From a virus (Duplodnaviria; Caudoviricetes), in the IMG/VR virus record IMGVR_UViG_3300037484_000646, positions 1 through 38,707 of that record: a DNA stretch of 38,707 bases; one strand, given 5' to 3'. The notes below the pieces were generated by a model, which was not told the DNA's origin, ran no database searches, and saw only the letters and a list, made by a program, of their open reading frames with translations. Position numbers and translations under genes: made by a program. Every line of letters begins with the position of its first letter. The first letter of the stretch is position 1. Below are positions 7,760-17,335 of this stretch, piece by piece.

Positions 7760-8988
7760 CCTGCCTGCGCATAGAGACTCCGCGGGCGTTCGTCCCGCTC
7801 CTGGAACCGGCCAGGTACAAGGGGCTGCACGGTGGGCGAGGGTCCGGGAAGTCGCACTTCTTCGCGGAGTCGCTGATCGAACGCTGCCTGATGCACCGCG
7901 GAACCCGCTGGGCGTGTATCCGCGAAGTGCAGAGGTCACTGGAACAGTCAGTGAAGCGGCTCCTAGAGGACAAAGTAGAGTCGATGGGCGTGGCTGCCTC
8001 GTTCGAGGTCCAGAAGTTCGAGATCGGCACGCCCGGCGGCGGGCTGGTCATCTTCCAGGGTATGCAGAACCACACCGCCGACAGCATCAAGAGCCTCGAA
8101 GGATTCGACGGTGCGTGGGTCGAAGAGGCGCAGAGCCTTTCACAGCGCTCGCTCGACCTCTTGCGGCCCACGATCCGCAAGGAAGGCTCCGAGATGTGGT
8201 TTTCGTGGAACCCGCGCCACGAGACCGACCCGATCGACAAGCTCCTGCGCGGCGAGCACGCGCCGCCCGGTGCCGTTGTCGTGGAGGCGAACTACAGCGA
8301 CAACCCGTGGCTGCCGGACGTGCTGCGGCAGGAAATGGAGTACGACCAGCGGCGCGACCCGGACAAGTTCGCTCACGTGTGGAGGGGCGGATACGTGCGC
8401 GCGAGCGAGGCGCGGGTCTTCCGCAACTGGCGCGTGGAGGAGTTCGACATCCCGTTGGACGCGATCATCCGCCAGGGCGCGGACTGGGGCTTCGCCGTCG
8501 ATCCGGCGGTGCTCGTCCAGTGCTACACGATCGGTCGCACGCTCTACGTGCCGTACGAAGCATGGATGATCGGCTGCCAGATCGACAACCTGCCGGACCT
8601 GTTCGCCACGGTGCCGGGCTCGGCCCGATGGTGGATCACCGCGGACTCCGCGCGGCCCGAGACGATCGCGCACATGCAGCGCCACGGGTACCCGAAGCTT
8701 GGCCCTGCGGTGAAGGGCGCTCGCAGCGTCGAGGAGGGGATCGAGTTCCTGCAGTCCTACGACATCGTCGTGCACCCGCGGTGTCGGCACACGATCGACG
8801 AGCTCACGCTCTATAGCTACGAGACCGATCCGCTCACGGGTCAGGTGCTGCCGCGGCTCAAGGACAAGGACAATCACGTGATCGACTCGCTGCGCTACGC
8901 CTGCGAGGGCGCGCGCCGGGCCGTGAAGCCTGCGCCCCCTGCGGCCCCGCGGCCACAGCCTCGCGCTCCTACGGGATGGATGGCGTGA
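7756..8988 (+). CDS. terL: Terminase large subunit (PBSX/Terminase_3 type)
   Basis: Walker A GGRGSGKS, Walker B WVEEA, coupling motif FSWNP, nuclease residues GADWG and DNHVIDSLRY; ATG 7756 forms an ATGA overlap. Confidence 0.95.
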   Translation: MTCLRIETPRAFVPLLEPARYKGLHGGRGSGKSHFFAESLIERCLMHRGTRWACIREVQRSLEQSVKRLLEDKVESMGVAASFEVQKFEIGTPGGGLVIFQGMQNHTADSIKSLEGFDGAWVEEAQSLSQRSLDLLRPTIRKEGSEMWFSWNPRHETDPIDKLLRGEHAPPGAVVVEANYSDNPWLPDVLRQEMEYDQRRDPDKFAHVWRGGYVRASEARVFRNWRVEEFDIPLDAIIRQGADWGFAVDPAVLVQCYTIGRTLYVPYEAWMIGCQIDNLPDLFATVPGSARWWITADSARPETIAHMQRHGYPKLGPAVKGARSVEEGIEFLQSYDIVVHPRCRHTIDELTLYSYETDPLTGQVLPRLKDKDNHVIDSLRYACEGARRAVKPAPPAAPRPQPRAPTGWMA

Positions 8989-11039
8989 ACGACAAGACCA
9001 AGACCGTCATCGCCACCGCGCTCGAGCGCTTCAAGCGCTGCGAGGAGGCTGAATCAGAGAACCGGAGCAGGTCTCTGGAAGACCTGGCGTTCAGCCTCGG
9101 GACGCAGTGGGATGAGGCCGTGCGGCGCGCACGCGAGACGGATCCAAACGGCGCCCGGCCGTGCCTCACCGTCGACAAGCTCGATCAGTACGTCCGACAG
9201 GTTGTGAACGACGCGCGGCAGAACAAGCCGGCGATCAAACCACGCGCGAAGGATGCAGGCGCCGACGTCGAAACAGCCGAGGTGCTGGCTGGCATCGTGC
9301 GCCACATCGAGGACCAGTCATCGGCCGACATCGCCTACGACACGGCCGTGGAGATGGCGGCCCGCGCCGGATTCGGCTTCATCCGCGTGGTCACGGACTA
9401 CTGCTACGACGAGAGCTTCGAGCAGGACATCCTGATCCGTGAGGTGGCGAACCCGTTCGCGTGCTACGTCGACCCGGACACGCAGCAGGCCGATGGCTCC
9501 GACGCTCGGTACGGCTTCGCCTGGGAGGACATGCCCCGCGAGCAGTTCGAGGCGCAGTACCCGGACGCGGACGCGAGCGGATTCGACGCTGGCGGCGAGG
9601 GAGAGGACTGGATCCGCAAGGATACGGTGCGGGTGTGTGAGTACTTCTCGGCCGAGGATGAGCCGCGCCGCGTGTGGCAGAGGCAGGATGGGCAGGCGTC
9701 GGAAACGGAGATCGAGGGCGCTGCGAGCCGCACGACGAAGCGCCGTAAGGTGATGTGGCGCAAGATCACTGCGCGCGAGGTGCTCGAGGAACGCGAGTGG
9801 CCGTCCAGGTACATCGGGATCGTTCCGGTGTACGGGCACCGCATCAGCGTCGAGGGCCGGCGCGTCACGCGGTCGATCGTCGGATCGGCGAAAGACGCGC
9901 AGCGCATGTACAACTACGCGGCCAGCGCGTTCGTGGAACGCGTGGCGCTCACGCCGAAGGCCCCCTTCATCGCGACCGTGAACCAAATCGAGGGGCACGA
10001 GGCAACCTGGCAGACCGCGAACACCGGCAACTACTCGGTTCTACCGTACAACGCGGACCCAAACTCACCGCCACCGCAGCGCCAGCCCGCGTCGGACATC
10101 CCGTCCGGGTGGATGGCCGTCATGCAATCCATGGAGCACGACATCCAAGGCGCGCTCGGCATGTACAACGCCGCGGTGGGCGCGCCCAGCAACGAAAAGA
10201 GCGGCCGGGCGATCCTGGCGCGGCAGAAGGAAGCGGATGTCGCAACCTTCCACGTGATCGACAACCTCTCGCGAGCCATCCGCCAAGTAGGGCGGATCGT
10301 GATCGACCTCATCCCGCGCATCTACGACACGGCGCGCGTGGTGCGCATCCTGGGTGAGGACGGGACCGAGGAGTTCGCGCGCATCGACCCGGAGCAGCAG
10401 GAGGCGCGCCGGGACATCCGCGACGTGAGTGGGCAGGTCATCGAGCGGATCTACAACCCTGGCGTCGGGCGCTACGACGTGACGGTGACGGTCGGCCCTG
10501 GCTACTCGACCAAGCGGCAAGAGGCTGCCGAGTTTCTGACACAGGTGGTGCAGTCCTCGCCCGCAATGATGCAGGTCGCGGGCGATCTCATGTTCAAGGC
10601 GCTCGACATGCCGTACGCCGACGAGCTCGCCGACCGCATGCGCAAGATGATGCCGCCGCAACTCCAGGAGCAGGCAGGGCCCCAAGTGCCTCCCGAGGTC
10701 CAGCAGCAGATGGAGGCCATGGGGCAGCAGATGGCGCAGCTGCAAGAGCAACTGTCCGCGGCAGCGGCGCAGCTCGGCGATAGGCGCATGGAGTACGAGG
10801 GCAAGCGGGCGGACCTGCTCATCAAGGAGCGCGAGCTGGCGATCCGCGAGTTCGACGCCGAGACGAAGCGGATCCAGGCCGTACAGGGCGGGATGGGGCC
10901 CGAGGCGATCCAGGCGCTCGTGCTCGACACGCTGGCCCATGTGGCGACACCGCCGGAGCCGATCATTCCCCCTGAGCAGATGAACGGAGAGACCATGCCT
11001 AGCGGCGGGCTTCCACCGCGAGAGGAGCAAAATGGCTGA
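8985..11039 (+). CDS. P22-like portal protein (alternative start 8976)
   Basis: ~685 aa after terL; GTQW, RPCLTVDKL, KDAQRMYNY, SGRAILARQ, GRYDVTVTVGPGYSTKRQE; Q-rich C-terminal barrel. Confidence 0.92.
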   Translation: MNDKTKTVIATALERFKRCEEAESENRSRSLEDLAFSLGTQWDEAVRRARETDPNGARPCLTVDKLDQYVRQVVNDARQNKPAIKPRAKDAGADVETAEVLAGIVRHIEDQSSADIAYDTAVEMAARAGFGFIRVVTDYCYDESFEQDILIREVANPFACYVDPDTQQADGSDARYGFAWEDMPREQFEAQYPDADASGFDAGGEGEDWIRKDTVRVCEYFSAEDEPRRVWQRQDGQASETEIEGAASRTTKRRKVMWRKITAREVLEEREWPSRYIGIVPVYGHRISVEGRRVTRSIVGSAKDAQRMYNYAASAFVERVALTPKAPFIATVNQIEGHEATWQTANTGNYSVLPYNADPNSPPPQRQPASDIPSGWMAVMQSMEHDIQGALGMYNAAVGAPSNEKSGRAILARQKEADVATFHVIDNLSRAIRQVGRIVIDLIPRIYDTARVVRILGEDGTEEFARIDPEQQEARRDIRDVSGQVIERIYNPGVGRYDVTVTVGPGYSTKRQEAAEFLTQVVQSSPAMMQVAGDLMFKALDMPYADELADRMRKMMPPQLQEQAGPQVPPEVQQQMEAMGQQMAQLQEQLSAAAAQLGDRRMEYEGKRADLLIKERELAIREFDAETKRIQAVQGGMGPEAIQALVLDTLAHVATPPEPIIPPEQMNGETMPSGGLPPREEQNG

Positions 11040-11865
11040 CGAGATCACCGCACCCGAGCCCACGCCGACGGTCACGCCCCCGCCGACGCCTGGCGACAGC
11101 ACGCAGACCCCGGATCCGGAGACGAGCGACAGCGCGGAGGCGCAGGACCCCAAACCGGACGCTGGCGAGGGCAACGCCGAGCCCGAGCGGCACGCGCTAC
11201 CCAAGGGCGTGCAGAAGCGCATCGACCGCCTGACCCGCGAGAAGTACCGGCTGCAAGCGGAGCTCGAAGTGGCGCGCAAGCAGGCGCCGCAGCCCGAGCC
11301 CCAGGCCAAGCCCGCGGGCGCGGCGGACGGTGCACCGAAGCCTGATCAGTTCAAGAGCTACGAGGAGTTCCTTGAAGCCCGCGCTGAGTGGAAGGCGGAA
11401 CAGCGGGTGGGGACCCTTCTCGGCGAGCTGCGCGAGAAGGCGCAGCGCCAGGCCGGCCAGGCCGAGCAGGAGAAGTTGCAATCCCAGTGGGAGAAGCGCG
11501 TTGGTGAGGCGCTGACCACGTACGACGACTTCGAGGAGGTGGCCCTTTCGCCAGAGGTGCCGATCTCCGAGCCGATGATGGCTGCCATCCTCCGTTCGCC
11601 GAAGGGCGCGGACGTGGCCTATCACCTCGGCAAGAACCGGGAGCTGGCAGCCCAGATCGCGGGGCTCGACCCCATCGGTGCCGCCATCCGCATTGGAGAG
11701 ATCGCGGCGACCATCACCAAGCCGGCACCGAAGAAGACCAGCGACGCCCCCGCCCCGATCAGCCCGGTCGGCGGACGCGCCGCGGCCCAGAAGGACCCCA
11801 CCAGGATGAGCACCGACGAGTGGATGCGCTGGCGCAACGACCAGGCCGGCATCCGTCGCCGATAA
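11032..11865 (+). CDS. Scaffolding protein
   Basis: Between portal and coat; acidic Pro-rich N-terminus, VQKRIDRLTREK coiled coil, MSTDEWMRWRN tail. Confidence 0.85.
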   Translation: MADEITAPEPTPTVTPPPTPGDSTQTPDPETSDSAEAQDPKPDAGEGNAEPERHALPKGVQKRIDRLTREKYRLQAELEVARKQAPQPEPQAKPAGAADGAPKPDQFKSYEEFLEARAEWKAEQRVGTLLGELREKAQRQAGQAEQEKLQSQWEKRVGEALTTYDDFEEVALSPEVPISEPMMAAILRSPKGADVAYHLGKNRELAAQIAGLDPIGAAIRIGEIAATITKPAPKKTSDAPAPISPVGGRAAAQKDPTRMSTDEWMRWRNDQAGIRRR

Positions 11866-11884
11866 CCAACAAGGACCCTGATTC

Positions 11885-13114
11885 ATGGCCCAGACCATTC
11901 TCACGCCGACCGAAATCACTCGGGAGGCTCAGCGCGTGCTTCACCAGAAGTTGAACTTTGTCGGCAACATCAACCGCACCTACGACGACCGATTCGCGAA
12001 GTCGGGTGCCCGGATCGGCGACACCCTGCAGATCCGCCTCCCGAACGAGTACACGGTCCGTACCGGAAAGGTGCTCAACGCGCAGGAGACCAGCGAGCAG
12101 AAGGTGGACCTGACCGTTGCCACGCAAAAGGGCGTAGACGTCAACTTCTCGTCGGCTGAGCTCACCATGAGTTTGGACGACTTCTCCAAGCGCATCATCG
12201 AGCCGGCCATGTCGGTGCTCGCGGCCTCCATCGAGTCGGACGCGCTGTCCATGTACAAGGACGTGTACAACGAGGTGTCCGACGTCGGCGCAACCCTGGC
12301 GCTGGCTGATGTGCTCGAGGTGCTCAAGAAGCTCACCGACAACCTCGCGCCGATGGACATGAGGACCCTGCTCCTCACCACGCGCAACAACGTCGACCTG
12401 GTGTCCGCTGCCACGACCCTCTTCAATGACCGCTCCAAGGTTGCGGAGCAGTACCGGAAGGGCCTCATCGGCAACGATTTCCTTGGTTTCGACAGCGTGT
12501 ATCAGAACACGCTCCTGCCGCTGCACACCACCGGTACCGACGACGGCACCGGCGACTACTTGACCGACATCGCCGCGGCCGAGAACGACGGCTCCGCGGG
12601 GCTGCTCAACATCGACACGGGCGCGGGGTCGTTCAAAAAGGGCGACATCATCGAGATCGAGAGCCTGCTCGCGGTGCATCCCGAGACCAAGGTCTCCACG
12701 GGTGTGCTCAAGCAGTTCGTGGTGACCGCGGACGCCACTCCCGGCGCCGGCGGCGGCGACCTGGCGATCAGTCCATCGATCATCACCTCCGGAGCTCGGC
12801 AGAACGTCACCAACACGCTCGCGGACGGGAAGGCGATCTACAAGCGGGAGAGCGACAGCACAACCGCCATCGGTAACGCTGCCGATTACTACATCGGCGT
12901 CGGGTTCCATCGGGACGCGTTCGCCTTCGCGTCGGCCGACTTGCTGATGCCCAAGGGCGTCGACTTCTCGGCCCGCGAGGTCTTCGACGGCGTCTCGCTG
13001 CGGATCGTCCGCCAGTACGACATCAACAACGACAACCTTCCTTGTCGGATCGATGTGCTCTATGGGTATAAGACGATCCGTCCTCAACTGGCGTGTCGGC
13101 TGGGGTTTAACTAG
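11885..13114 (+). CDS. Major capsid protein, P22 coat (gp5) family
   Basis: INRTYDDRF...GDTLQIRLP, FSSAELT, FHRDAFAFASADL, RIDVLYGYKTIRP motifs. Confidence 0.93.
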   Translation: MAQTILTPTEITREAQRVLHQKLNFVGNINRTYDDRFAKSGARIGDTLQIRLPNEYTVRTGKVLNAQETSEQKVDLTVATQKGVDVNFSSAELTMSLDDFSKRIIEPAMSVLAASIESDALSMYKDVYNEVSDVGATLALADVLEVLKKLTDNLAPMDMRTLLLTTRNNVDLVSAATTLFNDRSKVAEQYRKGLIGNDFLGFDSVYQNTLLPLHTTGTDDGTGDYLTDIAAAENDGSAGLLNIDTGAGSFKKGDIIEIESLLAVHPETKVSTGVLKQFVVTADATPGAGGGDLAISPSIITSGARQNVTNTLADGKAIYKRESDSTTAIGNAADYYIGVGFHRDAFAFASADLLMPKGVDFSAREVFDGVSLRIVRQYDINNDNLPCRIDVLYGYKTIRPQLACRLGFN

Positions 13115-13158
13115 CCCCGCGGGCGGCCAGTGAGTCACGTGCGGTGATATCCATGGCG

Positions 13159-13167
13159 TGCTACGAT
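13159..13167 (+). promoter_or_regulatory. Putative extended -10 promoter for the HNH gene
   Basis: TGcTACGAT about 25 nt upstream of ATG 13192 in an AT-richer intergenic stretch. Confidence 0.4.
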
Positions 13168-13191
13168 ATCAATAACAGATCGGAGAACGCC

Positions 13192-13971
13192 ATGGACCTC
13201 ACCGTTTGCTGCATCAAGGGTTGCGATCGGGCCTCGGTAGCGCTTGGGCTGTGCTCGCTGCACTACCGGAGAACGCGCCTGTACGGCTCTCCGGCGGCGA
13301 CGAAGTGGCACAGCGGAACCGCTCGACACGTAAGCATCGAGGAGCGGTTTATGGAGCGCGTGCGGAAGACGGACTCGTGCTGGACATGGATCGGCGGCAG
13401 GGACGCGTACGGATACCCGATGTTCAGAGCGAACATAGGTGGCGTGCTGTTCAAGAAAGGCCATCGCGCATCGTTCGCCCTGTTCAGGGGGCCGGTCGCA
13501 GAGGGAATGCACGTGTGCCACGCCTGCGACAACCCGAGTTGCGTCAACCCTGACCACCTCTTCCTTGGAACGAACAAGGACAACATGCGGGACAAGATCG
13601 CCAAGGGGCGCGCACAGGCGCCTAAGGGCGAGGATTCTCCGCATGCCACGCTCACGGAGGAGCAGGCGCAGACCATCCTGCTCGATGCCCGCCCCTACAT
13701 CGTCATCGCCGCGGAGTACGGCGTAGCTGCGTCTACCGTGGGCAGCATCAAGAATCGGGTCTCGTGGCGTCACCTATCAGGCGAGCCTGCGAAGGCGAAG
13801 CGCATCGGCCAACGTGGAACTGCCTGCTACCGGGCCACGCTGACCGATGAGGCCGTGCGAGCCATTCGCGCGAGCAGTGAACGCGGGAAGGATCTTGCAG
13901 TGAAGTTCGGGGTGTCGCCGCAAACCATCACCGACATCCGCAAGCAGCGCTCATGGACGCACGTAAACTGA
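13192..13971 (+). CDS. Free-standing HNH homing endonuclease with N-terminal Zn finger and two C-terminal HTH repeats
   Basis: CIKGC...LCSLHY; CWTW; VCHACDNPSCVNPDHLFLGTNKDNMRD; two ATLT...YGV/FGV...I...SW.H repeats; GGAG RBS. Confidence 0.9.
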   Translation: MDLTVCCIKGCDRASVALGLCSLHYRRTRLYGSPAATKWHSGTARHVSIEERFMERVRKTDSCWTWIGGRDAYGYPMFRANIGGVLFKKGHRASFALFRGPVAEGMHVCHACDNPSCVNPDHLFLGTNKDNMRDKIAKGRAQAPKGEDSPHATLTEEQAQTILLDARPYIVIAAEYGVAASTVGSIKNRVSWRHLSGEPAKAKRIGQRGTACYRATLTDEAVRAIRASSERGKDLAVKFGVSPQTITDIRKQRSWTHVN

Positions 13972-13991
13972 ACACCTGAAAGGAAACAACC

Positions 13992-14243
13992 ATGGCACTC
14001 CCCTCTGCAGCTGACACGGAAGTCATCGGCTCTGGCAGCCCGACCGGCGCGACGTTCGGCGAGTCGGCGTCCGAGAAGATCTCGTTCTACGGCAAGGTCC
14101 CCGTAGTGCAGCGCCCGTACTCCAGCGCGGTGCACGCAACCTCGGCGATCTCATCCTCGTCCGACTTCGGCGCCACCCAGCTCGCGTGGGCGCAGGAAGT
14201 CACCAACACCCTGATCGGCCTCGGCATCTGGGCCACGGTGTAG
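13992..14243 (+). CDS. Small virion protein (head decoration/cement-like)
   Basis: AAGGA RBS; follows coat once the HNH is discounted; EKISFYGKVPVVQ motif; Ser/Thr-rich. Confidence 0.65.
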   Translation: MALPSAADTEVIGSGSPTGATFGESASEKISFYGKVPVVQRPYSSAVHATSAISSSSDFGATQLAWAQEVTNTLIGLGIWATV

Positions 14244-14260
14244 CGATGGAGCGGGGTGCC

Positions 14261-15010
14261 ATGCGGACCACGACGATTGACACCCCGCTCCACTTTCCGT
14301 CGCACGCTGCGACCGGAGAGGCGCCGAAGAAGGTCGTCTTCTGCGTCCCGACCATCTCCAAGCCGTATCAGGTGTGCCTCGATTCGCTCGAGGCCTCCGT
14401 CCCGCTGATCACCGCAGCCGGGTGGCAGGAAGGCGCGGTCTACCAGATCGGATGCCCGTACATCAGCGGGGCCCGTTCGATGATGCTGCGCAAGGCGCTC
14501 GATGCCAAGGCGACGGTGGTCGTCTTCATCGACCACGACCTACAGTGGAGGCCGGAGGATCTGCTGCGCCTGATCGAGACGGAAGGCGACGTCGTGGCCG
14601 GTACGTACCGGTTCAAGGGGTCGCCCGAGGAATACATGGGCGCAATCTACCCTGGGGACGACGGAACGCCGATCGTGCGCAAGGACGGGTGCATCAAGGC
14701 GCACTCCATCCCCGCCGGGTTCCTGAAACTCACGCGCGAGGGCGTCAACACGTTCATGCGCGCCTACCCGGGGCTCGTCTACGGCGAGCCGTCATCCCCC
14801 CTGGTCGACCTGTTCAACCACGGCGCCATCGACGGCGTGTGGTACGGCGAGGACTACGCTTTTGCCAAGCGCTGGCGCGAGAAGTGCGGCGACATCTGGC
14901 TGGTTCCGGACCTGCGGCTCGACCACCACAGCCCGAGCCAGGCGTATCCCGGCAACTTCCATCGCTACCTGCTCCGCCAGCCCGGCGGGAGCGAAGAGGC
15001 GCGCCCATGA
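14261..15010 (+). CDS. GT-A fold (GT2-like) glycosyltransferase (alternative start 14246)
   Basis: VVFCVPT strand, ISGARSMM, DxD motif FIDHD, GFLKL, GEDYAF, LDH. Confidence 0.8.
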   Translation: MRTTTIDTPLHFPSHAATGEAPKKVVFCVPTISKPYQVCLDSLEASVPLITAAGWQEGAVYQIGCPYISGARSMMLRKALDAKATVVVFIDHDLQWRPEDLLRLIETEGDVVAGTYRFKGSPEEYMGAIYPGDDGTPIVRKDGCIKAHSIPAGFLKLTREGVNTFMRAYPGLVYGEPSSPLVDLFNHGAIDGVWYGEDYAFAKRWREKCGDIWLVPDLRLDHHSPSQAYPGNFHRYLLRQPGGSEEARP

Positions 15011-15252
15011 GCGAGCGCAGGGCGTTTCGCAAGGTGTTCCGCGCATTGACCGGCAGCGTGGTCGAAAAGCGATTCATCGCCGTTGGCGAGGCCGTGCCGG
15101 ACGGTTGGCATGAGACCCCGGCGGCGGCGCTGGCGGCTGCGCTCCGCAGCGATCGCCACTCAGGTGCCGCGCCAGAGCCGCCAGCTACGCCCGCGCCGGC
15201 GCCCGCGGTACAGCCGCCGCGTGAGCCCTGGCGCCAGCGGAAGGGCCGCTGA
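15007..15252 (+). CDS. Small head-module protein
   Basis: ATGA and TGATG coupling; DGWHETPA motif; Pro/Ala tail. Confidence 0.6.
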   Translation: MSERRAFRKVFRALTGSVVEKRFIAVGEAVPDGWHETPAAALAAALRSDRHSGAAPEPPATPAPAPAVQPPREPWRQRKGR

Positions 15253-15932
15253 TGGCGACCGCCTCTGCCATCATCCGCCGGTCCCTGCGGCTCATCGGGG
15301 CCATCGCCGCGAGCGAGACGCCATCCGCAGCAGAGCAGGCCGATGCGCTCGAGGCGCTGAACGCGATGCTCGACGCGTGGCGGGCCTCGTCGCTGTCGGT
15401 CTACGCCCTGCGCGACGAGACGCTCACGCTCACCGGCGCAACCTCGTACACGATCGGGGCGGGAGGCAACCTCAACACCACCCGGCCGGTGCGGATCGAC
15501 GCGGCGTACCAGCGGGTAGGCGACATCGATTACCCCCTTCGCCTCGCCTCGGCCATCGCATGGGCCGGCCTTGCGGCGAAGAGCACCGCCAGCGATGTCG
15601 CCGACTGGTTGTATTACGAGACGTCGTACCCGCTCGGCAGGCTCTACCTCTACCCGGTGCCGTCGACCGGCGTCCTTCACCTCGCGACGTGGGTGCCCCT
15701 CACGGCGTTCGCGGCGGCGGATGATGTGGCGCTCCCGCCCGGCTACCAGGAGGCGCTGACGTACCATCTTGCCGTGCGCCTGGCGCCCGAGTATGGCCGG
15801 CCCGTGACCGCGGAGGTCGCAGCCGTGGCGCGGGATGCTCTGGACAAGATCGGGCGCGTGAACTTCCGGCCGCCGATCATGGCCATTGGGCTCGGCGAGG
15901 GTCGCTCGTGGGACATCCGGAGCGACGAATGA
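15252..15932 (+). CDS. Head-tail adaptor, P22 gp4-like
   Basis: TASAIIRRSLRLIG...ETPSA.EQADALEALNAML.AW and LPPGYQEALTYHLAVRLAPEYG. Confidence 0.85.
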   Translation: MATASAIIRRSLRLIGAIAASETPSAAEQADALEALNAMLDAWRASSLSVYALRDETLTLTGATSYTIGAGGNLNTTRPVRIDAAYQRVGDIDYPLRLASAIAWAGLAAKSTASDVADWLYYETSYPLGRLYLYPVPSTGVLHLATWVPLTAFAAADDVALPPGYQEALTYHLAVRLAPEYGRPVTAEVAAVARDALDKIGRVNFRPPIMAIGLGEGRSWDIRSDE

Positions 15933-17335
15933 TGCGCGTTCCGTTCCTCGGTGGCTCCGGCGCTCAGCGCAGCGTCACCATCAACGCGGAGCGGACCGTA
16001 AACCTTTACCCAGCGTTGACCCCTGACGGCAAGTCGCCCATGGCGCTGTACGGCACCCCCGGGCTCGCTCGGTTTGCAGAGATGGCCGCGGGAGCTGGGC
16101 GCGGGCTCCACGTTGCCGCCGGTCGGTTGTTCGCCGTGGTCGGTGGGACGCTCTACGAGATCCAGTCCACGGGAGCCGCGACGGCGCGCGGCACACTCAG
16201 CAGCGCCACCGCCCCAGTCTCGCTGGCGGACAACGGGCAGCAGCTCGTCCTGGTGGACGGGTCGAACGGGTACAGCCTCACGCTGGCCGACAACGTCTTC
16301 GCTGGGCTCAGCGCTACCGAGTGGTCGGATGCGACCCACGTTGCATTCCACGATGGGTACTTCGTGCTCAACCGCCGCGCCACGGGCCAATTCCTTGTCA
16401 GCTCGCTCTACGGCACGGACGTCGATGCGCTCGACTTCGCGACCGCAGAGGGCGCACCGGACTCGCTGGCGGCGCTGCTGGTGGACCACCGCGAGTTGTG
16501 GCTGTTCGGCGAGAGCAGCACGGAGGTTTGGTACAACTCCGGCGCCGCCGACTTTCCGTTCGCTCGACTTGACGGCGCGTTCCTTGAGGTCGGCTGCGTG
16601 GCGCCGTACTCGCCGGCCAAGGCCGACAATGCGGTCTTTTGGCTCGCGCAGGACAGGACCGGCCACGGGCACGTGATGCGGGCGCAGGGGTATCAGCCGC
16701 AGATCGTCTCGACCCGGGCCGTAGAGCACGCGATCCAGGGCTACGGCACGATCGCCGACGCGCGCGGCTACACGTACCAGCAGGACGGCCACTCGTTCTA
16801 CGTGTTGACGTTCCCGAGCGCAGACCGGACGTGGGCATACGACGCTGCAACACAGCTGTGGCACGAGCGCATGTGGTGGGACGGCGCGGAGCATCGGCAC
16901 CGCGGCGAGTGCTACGCGTTCGCGTTCGGCCGCAACCTGGTGCTCGACCACTCGAACGGGCTGCTTTACGGGCTCGACCTCGACGTCTACACCGACGACG
17001 GCGCGACGATCCGCTCCATCCGCCGCACCCAGCACCAGCACGCCGAGGGTGCTCGCCTCTTCTGGGCGCAACTCCAGGTGGACATGGAATCCGGAGTGGG
17101 GCTCGTCTCGGGGCAGGGATCGGACCCGCAGGCCATGCTGCGCTGGTCGGACGACGGCGGACACACGTGGAGCTCAGAACACTGGCGGTCGATGGGCAGG
17201 CTGGGCGAGTACCGCACCCGCGCCATCTGGCGGCGGCTCGGGCAGTCGCGGGATCGAGTGTATGAGCTCACGGTCACCGACCCAGTGAAGCGCGTCGTCG
17301 TCGACGCGTGGGCCGATGTCGAGGTGTCCCGGTGA
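15929..17335 (+). CDS. Tail hub / packaged-DNA stabilization protein, P22 gp10-like
   Basis: ERTVNLYP, LWLFGESSTEVW, YQQDGHSFYVL, LRWSDDGGHTWS, WRRLG. Confidence 0.9.
   Translation: MMRVPFLGGSGAQRSVTINAERTVNLYPALTPDGKSPMALYGTPGLARFAEMAAGAGRGLHVAAGRLFAVVGGTLYEIQSTGAATARGTLSSATAPVSLADNGQQLVLVDGSNGYSLTLADNVFAGLSATEWSDATHVAFHDGYFVLNRRATGQFLVSSLYGTDVDALDFATAEGAPDSLAALLVDHRELWLFGESSTEVWYNSGAADFPFARLDGAFLEVGCVAPYSPAKADNAVFWLAQDRTGHGHVMRAQGYQPQIVSTRAVEHAIQGYGTIADARGYTYQQDGHSFYVLTFPSADRTWAYDAATQLWHERMWWDGAEHRHRGECYAFAFGRNLVLDHSNGLLYGLDLDVYTDDGATIRSIRRTQHQHAEGARLFWAQLQVDMESGVGLVSGQGSDPQAMLRWSDDGGHTWSSEHWRSMGRLGEYRTRAIWRRLGQSRDRVYELTVTDPVKRVVVDAWADVEVSR

Noticed and set aside
10065-13138. Long antisense ORFs (e.g. 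10065-11309, 11759-13138, also 15743-17164 and 19555-20817)
   Set aside because: Shadow frames expected in high-GC coding DNA; they lie opposite well-supported structural genes and show no motifs.
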